From: Oopsacas minuta
Lineage: Eukaryota; Animalia; Porifera
Direction of reading: 5' to 3'
NCBI GenBank assembly: GCA_024704765.1
Contig: JAKMXF010000314.1
Location: 174,630-238,629 of the forward strand
Length of the DNA: 64,000 nucleotides
The position numbers and the translations under genes are program-made. Below the pieces are notes generated by a model. The model was not told where the DNA came from. It worked only from the letters and a program-made list of their open reading frames with translations, and searched no databases. Numbering within the stretch: position 1 is the first letter of the stretch; each line of letters opens with the position of its first letter. Shown in pieces: positions 52,617 to 64,000 of this stretch.

Positions 52617-53330
52617 TATGGTGTGCTCGAAATAATCCCTCTTATGCAAAACACATACTTCAACCATTCTATCCAATGTGGAAATGACTTTTTGAAATCC
52701 CTTTGGGACACCGATTTCAGGATCTTATGGAGCCCATAAACTAATGATAACCGGGCATCGAAAACCCTGCCCGCTACGTGCTTTTTGAAAAGGCTAAAGA
52801 GCCAAACGTCACATGATGATAGGTCTGGGCTCTAAGGAGGATGTGGCAACTCCAACATTCCAATCACACCAACCATGTCACCGACAATCTTTGACTCATG
52901 TTTTCGGGCAAAATCATGTATTAATCGTATTCGTTTGAGCCCTCGGCTAGATCTTTTGCCATAATAGTGATGATCGACTTCAGTTAAGAATTCTGTGATA
53001 TAAGTTGTCCCGTCATAGTACGCTTCTTTGGAAAGAAATTGAGGGCACTAAACCATATGCATCGAAGAATATGCAATACAGTCGTATTACGAAAATCTAG
53101 CCTTGAATTTGTGCTTGGTGTCTCACCTTTACGAACCTATATTTTACTCTGCTCCTTTCTGAGAGGCTGAGTATGCTAGATCCATGTTTCATCACCTGTG
53201 CATACTTCAAATAACATCCGACGATCAGCATGTTCAACACTTCAGCAATTCCTTCTCAAGAGAATGTCAGCAGCCATTTCAATTCAAAGCTAGAAAGATG
53301 AGTCACCAAAGAAATATCAAAACAGACAAC
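52617..53330 (-). mobile_element. 5'-truncated mariner remnant, similar to the 19223 element
   Basis: HADRRMLFEVCTGDETWI, PCDVWLF, K..VAGR.F and ...RDYFE followed by a TIR-like end at ~52617. Confidence 0.7.
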
Positions 53331-54969
53331 TATAATTAGGAATTGCATACTTTAAAATTTATTTTATAGGATATTGTTGTGGTTAACTAGTCTGAACACA
53401 GATAAACATATACATAGCTAGTTATGATATAATAGAATAGGGCATGGAACAAATTGAACGCCCTAAGTAAATAGCCATAAATTATGCCCTAATTACCTTG
53501 AGATTTTTTACAGATACATGATTTTAGCATCCTATTTTCAATCAAACTTTGACAATAATTACACAATATATTGTTATTTGCTAAGATGTAGATCACGGTA
53601 TTTGTACGAGATAGGTATTTATGTTAGGTGATCACTATTCTTGACTCGGTAAACTTATAGAAATATTTTCATTCGGAGTTTGGATTATCCAATATCTATT
53701 CATTACGAACCTTGGACATTGTTGCATAGACACACAGCCTATGGTAGTTACAAAAAGCATAAAGTTCACATGAATAGCTATTAGATAATCCACATTCAGA
53801 ATGAAATGTATTTCTGGATATAGCAATATAATATAGTTACTACTAAATAATCAGGTGAAAGATTCTGATAAACTGAACATAAATAAATATACAAATAATG
53901 AAATATTTATCTTAGCAAAATTATGTGTATTAATCGTCGAAATTTATTACAAAGAAGGATAATAAATTACGTATCAGTAAACCTGCCAAAGATGAAACGA
54001 AGATTAGAGGGCATGGATAAATACCTAGAAGAACCGACTTAATAGGTTATTGAGAGGGTCAATATGAGTATAACTAGACTCAACTCGCCTAGCGGCGTCG
54101 AACAAAAAGTCATCCGACAGATTCACACTCGTATTTCCAAACAGTACAAGATTTGTTATCAAAAAATGTTACTAGCTGACATGGAACAATCCCAAACTAC
54201 TCAAATGGAACTTTCAGATCTCCAGTCATGATCCATCTGCATTTTTCATAGAATTTGGATAAAAATCGGGAAAACCCATACAAAAATCAAAAGAATAAAT
54301 TCATCTGCTGTACCACGAAATCTATATGCATTCCATTTAAATTTCCATGAATCAACACAGTAGAGATAAGATAAATGCAAGTGGGTATTTGTATTTTTCT
54401 ACAAAATTGCTAACTGATACACCCCATTGTGTATTTATATGTCTGTATGTTCTGAATTGCTCGAATAAAATGCAAGACTGCCAAGGTTAAATGTTGGAAT
54501 ATAGAGTTATTTTGGGCCAAATTCGAGTTTAGAAGGAAAATTCATGCCGAAACTAATCGAGCAGGAGTATTTCAAAACAACCCACACCTTGATCATTTAT
54601 AGAAAATGAGCTAATTACATATTCAATTCTTAATCGCACACAATTGAAATGAAATGAAACAATTCTGATAGCATGATAGCATGATGGAATTCTACAAGGT
54701 TTGACACTTCAATATGAGCATATCAAATGGTTTAGAGCAAATATGTACCGTTGATCCAAGATTAGAGTTATCTCCTACTGTGGCCACTATAAAATCGGCT
54801 ACATTTGAGGACAACCTCTGCAATCCCTGCTAAGAATATTATTACTCAATCTCCCTAAAATTGCACCAAATTCAAAGATTTCAATTTTATTTCAGGCGTG
54901 ATGGTGCGTAATCACATATTGAGTTTGCATCTTGCTCAACAATGTGAAGTTACATATATTCTATATGTA

Positions 54970-56112
54970 TGTGTCACTGGCTTTTAAGTCCTAACCCCTA
55001 TATTTGCAGATTTACAACAAGCATAATAAACTTTCTTTGGTTATGATATTTATATATATGTGCATATGTATGTAGTCTAGCATAATTATTACTTAGAACT
55101 GAGTGATATTTCTACGCTACCCATCCATTCCTCAGATGGAAAGACAACAGTCTGCTATAATTGAATCATTTGTGAATGGGAAGCGCCAATGTGACATTAT
55201 GAGATCAATGAATCTCGAAAGAGTGGAGGAAATTTGTCTATAGTACTTTCCAGCGTTATCTTGAGACTGGTAGTGTCAAAGACAAAAGTAGAAGTGAATG
55301 TCCAATTACTGTAACCACAACCAGGATAAAGAAAGTAATCTTCTTAGTCGGCTCGCAGAACATGGGCATCATAATGTTCTGTATTCGGATGAAAGGTTAT
55401 TCACAATTGAGGAGGCCAGTAACTCTCAAAACGACAGGATCTCATCTTCTAATTCTTCCACTATAAATGAAGAATTCCGTTATGTTCGGAGAGTCCAAAA
55501 GCCACTTACAATGATGATTTGGGGAGGAGTCTCCGGTTTTGGACGGAAACCACTGATATTTGTCCCCCAGGGTGTAAAAGTCAACTCTACAGAATAACAC
55601 AATCATATTTTAGAACCTGTAGTGAAAGAACTGGGTGCTAGCATGTTTAACAAGAATCGATTCTTGTTTCAACATGATGGGCTGTAGCCCATACAGTTCG
55701 TATCACTCAGACCTGGCTTTCAGAAAATAGTCCCGAATTTGTCACTAAAGAAGAATGGCCAAGGTCTAGCCCGGAACTAAATCTCATAGATTTCTCTATA
55801 TGGGCGAAAATAGAGAAAAATGCACGCGCAAAAGCTCATACTAATATTGCGTCTTTAAAGAAGGATCTACTTCGTTAATGAGCTAGAATCCCAGAAGAAA
55901 CACTGCGCACCGCAGTAGAGGCAGTCCAGGGCGTCTACGAGCAGTAATCACAAAGAAAGGTAGCTACATTGAATAATTTAATCAAATATAATTAGTTCCA
56001 ATATGTGTTTTGAAAATATCGATTAGTAAATATATGGAAGAATAGTCTAGCAATGAGGGCAATGAAATATACAATGGGTCTGGACTTAAAAGCCACCATG
56101 ATGAGAGCACGG
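54970..56112 (+). mobile_element. maT-type (D,D37D) element, degraded; boundaries approximate
   Basis: YSDERLFTIEEASNSQNDR, MMIWGG, FQHDG..AHT...WPRSSPELNLIDFSIW (37 spacing after correcting one frameshift); inverted motif TGGCTTTTAAGTCC near both ends. Confidence 0.75.
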
Positions 56113-56186
56113 TAGTATTGAATATGAAGGATGATGATTGGTGGGACATATGATGAGAAGATATTCAATGTATTATGTATATCTTA

Positions 56187-57518
56187 CTAAGGCGTTTAAT
56201 AAGTCTTTCGGGTGATATCATAGAATATGATACAAACACTATGAACACTAATTCACTATATTATTTATTCAAAGTAATCCCCTCCTGCAGATACACAAAA
56301 TTTTAACCTTTCCACCCAATTAGAAAACACATTTCTGTACTCTTCTTCGGGAATGGATTTGAAGTACTGGTACTGGCTCTTCCGAGTGCTTATAATGTGT
56401 TAAAATCTTTGCCTTGCAGGTAGACTTTAAGCTTGGGGAATAGCCAAAAATCACATGGAACTAGGTCTGGTGAGTATGGTGGATGGGGAAGTAATTCTAA
56501 CCCTTCAATGTACAAGAAACTATTGGAAGCTTAGCTGTATGGGAACTAGCGTTATCAATTAAAATCTTCATTCCTCGAGTTCGGTTTTCGGGCGGTACTT
56601 TTCTATATTTTTTATCAAATTTGGAAGCACTTGCTCTGTAAAGAAAGTAGCAGTAACAGCCTTGCCACTTTCACAAGGTAATTGCAAGACAATTCCATGA
56701 CTACTGAAGAAGATGGTATACATAATCTTAGGTTCTCTGAAGTCGGGCCTAGGAATTTTCACCGGTTGTTCGTCGCCCCTCACCCATGATCGCTTCTTAT
56801 ACTTGCTATATGGTGTTGAATAGTACACCCATGTCTCGTCACCAGTAATAATCTCTGTTAGGCGTCTAGAATCGCAGTTCTCATAAGTTTCCAATAGTTT
56901 CTTGACAATATTCAGTCGTGCCAACCTTTGATTCTCACTGAGCTTATGCGGGACCTATTTCCCACAAATCGATCGGTAGCCAAGCTCAGTCGTCAGAATT
57001 GTATGAATAGCTCCCCGATGAAATCTCTATACTTTGTTCTAACTGATTGACAGTAATGCACTTGTCTTCCAAGACCATACTTTCAATGAGTGCGATATTC
57101 TCTGAAGTGGTGACGGATACCGGCCTTCCAGATCGAGGCAAATCTGTGACATCAGCATCAGCAGATCTCAAACTGGCAGCCCATCGCTCTACAGTAGATT
57201 TGGAAGGGCAATCCACGCACAATATCTCCTGTAACTCCCTGAAGATCTGTACGGGCTGGATCTTGAGTATTGTGCGAAACTCTATGTAAGCTCGCCATTT
57301 GAGTTTGAAATTATCATCCTTTGAAACCATAAATTCAACAGTGGGTATAAATTGACTACACGTAACTATCTCAAAATTCACAATTTGTATTGAATAAGCT
57401 TGAAACCTTCAGTACATGGAGTTTAACTATATGGGCTTATAATATATGAAAGTTAGATATATTACTTGACTAATTCCTAAGATATATCATGACCCGCAAG
57501 ACTTATTGAACGCCCTGA
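56187..57518 (-). mobile_element. Full-length mariner D,D34D element, degraded
   Basis: TA-flanked TIRs CTAAGGCGTTTAATAAGTCTTTCGGGT / TCAGGGCGTTCAATAAGTCTTGCGGGT; WRAYIEF, PRSGRP, ITGDETW, DNASSH, HPPYSPDLVPCDFWLFPKLK. Confidence 0.9.
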
Positions 57519-57589
57519 TAATAGCCTTTCCTAATATAACTTTCGATGTGGGATGAGTTAAAAGAAGTTAACATACCTATCTTCCAATG

Positions 57590-60130
57590 CAAGGGTCCCC
57601 AAACTGCGACGCGCAAGAGCCTAATGTGCGGTCGCCAAAGAATATTGGCCAATTGAAATATTTAGCTCTGCGTCCAGTTACACTTTTGTTGGAAGCTAAT
57701 CTATAGTTGACTGATAGAAATTAATTCTTTGTTTTCGACGCTTTTAAGCTGACAATATCATATTAGAAGCCTAAAACTCATTAGAATGGATTCTGTTCTT
57801 TCAAATTAATATTTATATCTAATTGTTATCAATTTTCTGATTCCACAAAATTTAGAAATTACAAATATGGAATGTCAATCCCGAAAAAGCGAAAGTTCGA
57901 GGAAGAACATTGAGGATTTAAATATAGATGGACAGAAACTTATTTTTGTAAATAAAATGGAGATAAAGTGTCTTGTTTGATTTGCAATGAGGGAATTGCG
58001 GTTTTTAAAGAGTGTAACATTCGTAAGCATCATGATACAAAGCACAAAGTAGATTACAAGCAATTTACAGAAAAACTACGTGCAGGTAATATTACAATAC
58101 ATTTTATCAGTACAGAGGTAGCAGAAACAGTTCAAATGTTTTTGTTCATGCTTGTCTGACCTTTCAGTGTACGCCGCCCCTGTAGTAGATATCGGATAAA
58201 TGTGCACCGCTTCTAGAGTGGAATCACATAATAAAAGAGCAACTTAATGTCTGAGTACAATATATTATAATCGACTTTCCCTCTCTACTCTGAGTGTTTT
58301 AGTTTAAAGCACAATGTTTTATCAATTTTAATTTTTAGAAAAACTCGAATACTTAAAAAAGAATCGATTATCTCAAATGAAACATTCAAAATAAAAGTGA
58401 ACGAAGATTCTGCCACCATTTTTGCGACATATCATGTGTCACAGATTATTGCACAATGTAGGAAACCGTTTTTGCGATGGCGAATATGTTAAAAAATGCT
58501 CACTCAAAGTGGTGGATTATATATGTCCTGACAAAAGAAATTTGTTCGAGGCTGTAAGCTTGTCTGCTAGCACTGTTACAAGACGTATAGAAGAAATGAG
58601 TGACAATCTACGATCACAGTTGTTGAACGTTAAAGATAAATTTGAATGTTTTTCAATTGCGTTAGACGAAAGTTGTGATGTGAGTGATACAAGTCAACTT
58701 CTAGTTTTTATACATGGTATTGACAAAGACTTCCATATAATTGAAGAATTAGCTGCTATACATAGCTTGAAAGGGACTACAACAGGACATGATGTTTTCG
58801 AAAAACTTCATGAAACACTATGATCCCTGAAACTAGTTTGGAAAAAACTCACATCCGTTACAACAGATGGGGCTAAAAGTATGGTTGGAAGGAAGATTGG
58901 ATTAATTGGACGAATAAATAATCATATGGAGGATGTTGGTGCGAATTTTCCCATCGCCCTCCATTGTATCATTCACCAACAAGCGCATTGTGCAAAATCA
59001 CTTGACTTGTACTGTGTGATGAAGACACTATTTAAAACAGTAAATTATGTCCGTGCAAATGCTCTGAACCACCGTCAATTTCAGAGTTTTTGAAGGAGGT
59101 AGACTCAGAATATGACGATGTAATCTACCACAGTGAAGTACGTTGGCTTAGCTGTGGTTAAGTTTTCAAGCAATTCTTTGAGCTAGGTAAAGAAATAGAT
59201 TATTTCATGACTACAAAGTGGCTTCCAGTAGTTGAACTGTCTGATGGCAAATGGGTATGGCAGCTTGCATTTCTAGCGGATATCACACAGCACCTCAATG
59301 ATCTCAACTTACGACTTCAGGGGAAAGAGAAGCTAGTCAATCAAATGTTTTATGACATTAAATCCTTTGATTCAAAACTATGCCTTTTAAAAAACAACTT
59401 TCAACAAGCAATTTGACGCATTTTAAACTACGCCAAATTGTCAAGATGATGTATCAGTTACATACCAATTCCCGAATCATGGGAAAAGATTGCCATTGAA
59501 TTACTCAGAGAACAGTTCAAACCACGATTTGAAGATTTTTATGCATACTCAAGGTTATTTTAATGTTGACAGATCCATTTATTGTTGATGTGGAGGGACT
59601 TTTGGAGGATCTGCAATTAGAAATCATAGATCTGCAGTCAAACAACGATCTTAGGTCAAAACATAGAGAGTTGTCCGCACTGTAATTTTATCATTCTCTT
59701 CCTTCAAATATTTTCCCAAATGTTTGTGCCCTTGCGATCCGAATGGCTGATTTATTTGGCAGTACTTATTTTTGCGAACAACCTTTTCCAGAATGAAAAA
59801 ACGTGAAATCCAAAACTCGGTCACGATTGACTGATGAACACCTCCATGATTTGCTTCGCCTCAGTGTTTCAAATTTGATTGTAGAAGTAGACCAATAGGT
59901 GCAAAGCAAACAGGCTCAGATCGCCAAATCATACTCAGCATATAGTTATAATTATAATGGTAGTGTCTTGTAAATGATAATAGTCAATTTAAATTAGATG
60001 ATTTAAAGCTGGGTTAAAATAAAAATGTTTATGTATCTGTAGTTAAAATATTATATTCTTTGAGTTGCGGCCCGCGAATAAGTTAATATAACTAATGTGG
60101 CCCTCGATTGAGAAAGGTTGGGGACCCCTG
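57590..60130 (+). mobile_element. hAT Buster-type element with GTF2IRD2/SPIN-like transposase pseudogene
   Basis: TIRs CAAGGGTCCCCAAACT / CAGGGGTCCCCAACCT; zinc finger CLIC...RKHHDTKH, FSIALDESCDVSDTSQL, TTDGAKSMVG, HCIIHQQA, SEVRWLS. Flanks TTCCAATG / CAGTAATG match only 4 of 8. Confidence 0.9.
58086..58338 (+). other. Probable spliceosomal intron inside the hAT transposase
   Basis: GCAG|GTAATA ... TTTTAATTTTTAG|AAAAACTC; removing 253 nt joins ...TEKLRA-E-KLEYLKKNRLSQ in frame. Confidence 0.65.
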
Positions 60131-61529
60131 CAGTAATGGATGCATAATTTCATGCTCTTGTCAGTAAAATCCCTACATGCTAGACAAAACTTCCCTCAAC
60201 ACATTTTTAGAGATATTGAACCGCTAAATTTTGCTCACTCTCTCAATATTTTCATGTAAACCACTACACTTTAATCCCCGTGCTAACTAATCAATGAAAT
60301 TGAAATATTTTGAAAGTATTATTATCGTTTGGAGACATGATATTATTTATATCAAATTATCTTAACATGACGAAAACGAACATTTTGAGCGATATGAAGA
60401 TCATTCCTTTACCAACATAATATTAGCAGACATTAGAATAACTCTAGTCGAAATTAGATGTAGATGGTACGTTTTTGATGGGTGCTAGGTAAGTTTTGTA
60501 GTTCAATATGTTGTAAGTATACCACTAATTTCAAATTTAGCAAATGTTAAATCAACTCAATTAAACACTAAAACCGTATAACTTATATTCCAAGAAAATA
60601 GCACATTACTATGTATTTGCCCACAATGAAAGGTAGTGTACTCTTTTCTTGGAATTTTCTGTTCTTGTGTCTACTTTCCATATTTCATGGGAACTATGGT
60701 AATATAGATAATAGTAGGATGATGAGAAACAGTCTATAATATCTCCAGACTTGAGAAATCAACTGAGAACAGTTGAATTTAGATAACGTCGAACATAATA
60801 AATGATATTGTATCTGATATAGAGGTTACATCGAAAAGTGATTTATTGAAAGAGGCCCTTTGCCTGGTTCTCCGATCACACCAGTACTACTGCAGAATAT
60901 CGTACCTGCTGGATCAGAAAGGTTCCAAAAATCTCATATAGCATAACACAGTTAGCAGAGGAACTTATGAAAAGGATGCCCGTCATTGATACCTTATTTG
61001 AGACAGCATTTGAAAAGGAGGCTATCTCATAGGTATATAGCAAAATAAATTAACTCAATCCGTGAACTACGTAATATAAGGACTGGAAACTACAATTATT
61101 TCTATTATTTAACAGATGCCAAATCTAGAAAATATTTTTGCTTCGAAAAGACAACATATGATCGCCTAATAGGCTGATAAGTTGGAACAATGCTCCAACT
61201 TTGAAACGCTAGAAATTCAAAATATCAAATTCAGAGTTAAATGTTGCATTATGAAATATTTCAAAATATTTTATACAAAATATTAAAAAAGTGTAATGAT
61301 AAAGTTAGATAGTTCTTGAGTAATAGCTGAAATCATGAATTCACTTCTATACCAATATTCCCTTAAAACTCGATAATAATTATAGTGAAATCAAGATAGT
61401 CAATTAATATTTCATTTCCAAACTCCCATACCCGAGGATACAATTTGTGATATTCCCTACCATTGTGACTTAAACAATGATTATGCTACATAGTCATTAA
61501 AGACTGGGTAATAATCTTCAGAGATTTCA

Positions 61530-61715
61530 ATTCAAATTGTATTACAAGGGTATGGGAAGTTGGGGTGTACTATAAAATGGCTATACATATTTGACCACTA
61601 TTGAATGATTATCGAGTATAGGAGTACAAGGAAGTGCAATCCATGGTCCTAGCTATAACTCAAGAACTAGCCAACATTTATCATGATGTTTCTTTGATAT
61701 TTTCTCTAAAAATAT
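61530..61715. repeat. Dispersed repeat, copy 2 (see 45222-45410)
   Basis: Same orientation, diverged alignment to 45222-45410. Confidence 0.7.
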
Positions 61716-64000
61716 TGTTCGAATATTTCATAATTGAAGTTTGAAATCAAAGATCACTATTTGGCGTTTAATAGTGATTCAAAATAGGAGCATTTTTTTC
61801 GATATATCAGCCTACTAGGCAATCACATCACGTTTTTCGACCAAAAATATGTTATAGATGTGGAAAATGTGATTCATAACATTGTATTTGCCAAACTTGA
61901 AGACAAATTCAGTATGTTTGTTAATATAATGAGTAATATTTAATCGATTCAGTACAATTCACTCATGTTTATCCCTGGTTACAAATAATCGAAATATTAC
62001 CTAATTAACGCTCAAGCAAAAATTAGACAGGTGTGAAATTTTGTCAATTTTTGCTCGAGAAATAGTATTCAGATGATGGTTACGAAGTAATGCCACTGCT
62101 AGTGAGAGAGTAAGCTGAATGCAAATTGATCTTCGCAGCAGGTTAGGGATCATTTTGCCCAAGTCTGAATATATTATTCCCAATAATGTAGAAATTTCGC
62201 AAACTTTACTCCGCTCTAATGATAAATTCTGGAATCTAGGGTAGAAAAAGAGCCACAAACAACATTCGTGAAAAAGAACAAAACAAGGTAGAAAACAATC
62301 TAATTATTCCGGAATATAGTCAAAGAGATTTGCAAAGGTTTGTGTATTTAAAGATGACCAGCCACAAGTTTAGGCGAGGAGACCCTATACAATTCGTAGA
62401 AGGATGTATGCCATGTACTTTAGTTTGCATTGATCATGTTCTTCTGTATGACTAAACTGATGTGCTGAGGTACACAAACAGAGCACACAGGGAAGAAAAT
62501 ACACAATGATAATCCACTCAAAATATGGCAACACTGCAATAGAGTATATAAAGAGAGTGGTTCGAATCTGGCATATTCACTTGACTTATACCCTGTGGAT
62601 AAGGGTAATTCATAAACTAAAAGAATACCAAGAGTAAGATCTTCCCCAAGCAATGAGGAGTAAATTCAGCGGTTTGTGACGGATGAGAAAGTCCCCCCTG
62701 ATAATAGTGGCACAGAAAGGAGAAAATGTAATGCATATTCTTTAAAATTCGCTACAATGTGAAATTGAGTAGATTTAAGCAATGGAAAAATTGTAGTTTG
62801 TGGCATACTCAGAACATATCGTACGACAATTTTATAATCATTTCAAGAAGTGCCGATATGAAAAACGACTAGACACGTAGCAGCTACAACGTCAAAACAG
62901 AAAGACATTTAAAAGAATTTGGATGGACCATGGATACTAAATTTTTGAATTTAGTATCCATGTCTATCCAAATTACTTTAATTGTCTTTCTGTCTTGGCA
63001 CAATAATTTAAAAAACTCAAGGGACAAGGTGCCAGATATATACTGTCGGGCAGAGACCAAAATAAATAAAAATAGTAATTTTATACTTAAGCCGAATCGA
63101 TGCACAAGTCTCAATTATATAGCCGCGAGTAGTGCAGTGACCTAGAAAGCGAAGTAAGCTAGTGGAAGCATTCAAATAGAAGCGTATCGAATATCAAATT
63201 CATAATACTTGTAAACTGCTAATTCCGGCCACTGTGAGAAATAACTATATGATAAATACATAGGTATTCAAGTGCAAGATATCAAGTGATGCAAACATTT
63301 TTATGACCTAATACGAAATAATGGCGGTATTAACAAAAGTAGGGTTCTGCAAAAATCATATATAATTGTCTGATAATAATCAAAATATAATGAAATTCGC
63401 AAATTTGGTAGTCAAATAGGAATATACAAGAAAACTTGTAGTATATTCCGTTGTTGAGAAAATGCAACGTATTTCAAAATTGATGCAATCACCAATTTCT
63501 TTGAAGTTGAGATTATAGCAAAAGATTCGAATGCCTCATTTTCATAAATATTTAAGTTTCATATTTAAAGAACAGAAATAAGAATTTGGATGTCCTCTGC
63601 ACAGTGGTTTATGGCAGGAAATAGACCAAAAACTTACATCTTCGACTAGCAAATATATATTTGTAATGGAATATAGAATATTTATTAGTTAAATGTGAGA
63701 TTATTGAGCTGATCCAAAGTCTATAGCATTGATTAATCAACATAAATTGAAAATAAATTTGAAAAAAAATCAAGATTTGTACATTCCAAAATAAAGCAGA
63801 ATCACAATTCTTAGACTATTTACTTTCCAAAATGTAATAACTTAGATACTTTTGGCCAATTTGAGTAGCAAAAATCCAGTAATAATATTCTATTGATCGA
63901 TTCATGATATAATCTGGATCAAATTATGTTAATCACCAGAAAATATGCTTGCTTGTAACTCACAGCCTACGAAACTATAGCCTATTCACGGTATTTAATA

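Noticed and set aside
54050-54330. RWIMTGDLKV on the minus strand resembling the Chapaev3 W.ICGDLK motif
   Set aside because: A single short motif without the flanking conserved blocks or TIRs.
13261-60130. Strand bias of intronic transposons (about 9 sense, 4 antisense)
   Set aside because: Too few elements for the difference to mean anything.
1-64000. CRISPR arrays, prokaryotic operons, rRNA or tRNA genes
   Set aside because: No repeat-spacer arrays or recognisable RNA genes; spliceosomal exons and eukaryotic transposons show this is eukaryotic nuclear DNA.
49754-64000. Next upstream JIP3-like exon (expected W.G...G...L...V.S region)
   Set aside because: I scanned the minus strand and found no convincing match with splice sites; probably outside the window, though a short exon could have been missed.

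Overview
AT-rich eukaryotic (invertebrate-like) genomic DNA; the species cannot be identified from sequence alone. The window holds the last three coding exons of a minus-strand gene encoding a divergent JIP3/JIP4 (MAPK8IP3/SPAG9, unc-16/Sunday driver)-like scaffold: 49522-49753, 29922-30216 and 12824-13260. They join in frame through GT-AG sites into about 320 C-terminal residues, separated by introns of about 19.3 and 16.7 kb; upstream exons were not found and probably lie beyond 64000. Introns and 3' flank are packed with cut-and-paste DNA transposons: a MULE/FAR1-type element whose transposase ORF is open for 417 codons to the window edge (absent from the ORF track), a hAT-like element with ~370-bp TIRs, two Buster/Charlie hATs, three Chapaev3-type elements with TWA target duplications, Tc1/mariner elements of four catalytic spacings (D,D34D; D,D37D; D,D35E with an intact ORF; D,D37E) and several MITEs. 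Retroelements are almost absent. The most striking structure is a pair of inverted mariner copies (25748-27042 and 47961-49254) bracketing the middle exon, identical over ~1.2 kb of decayed interior but differing at both tips. No prokaryotic genes, RNA genes or CRISPR arrays are supported, and I found no clearly new biological system.
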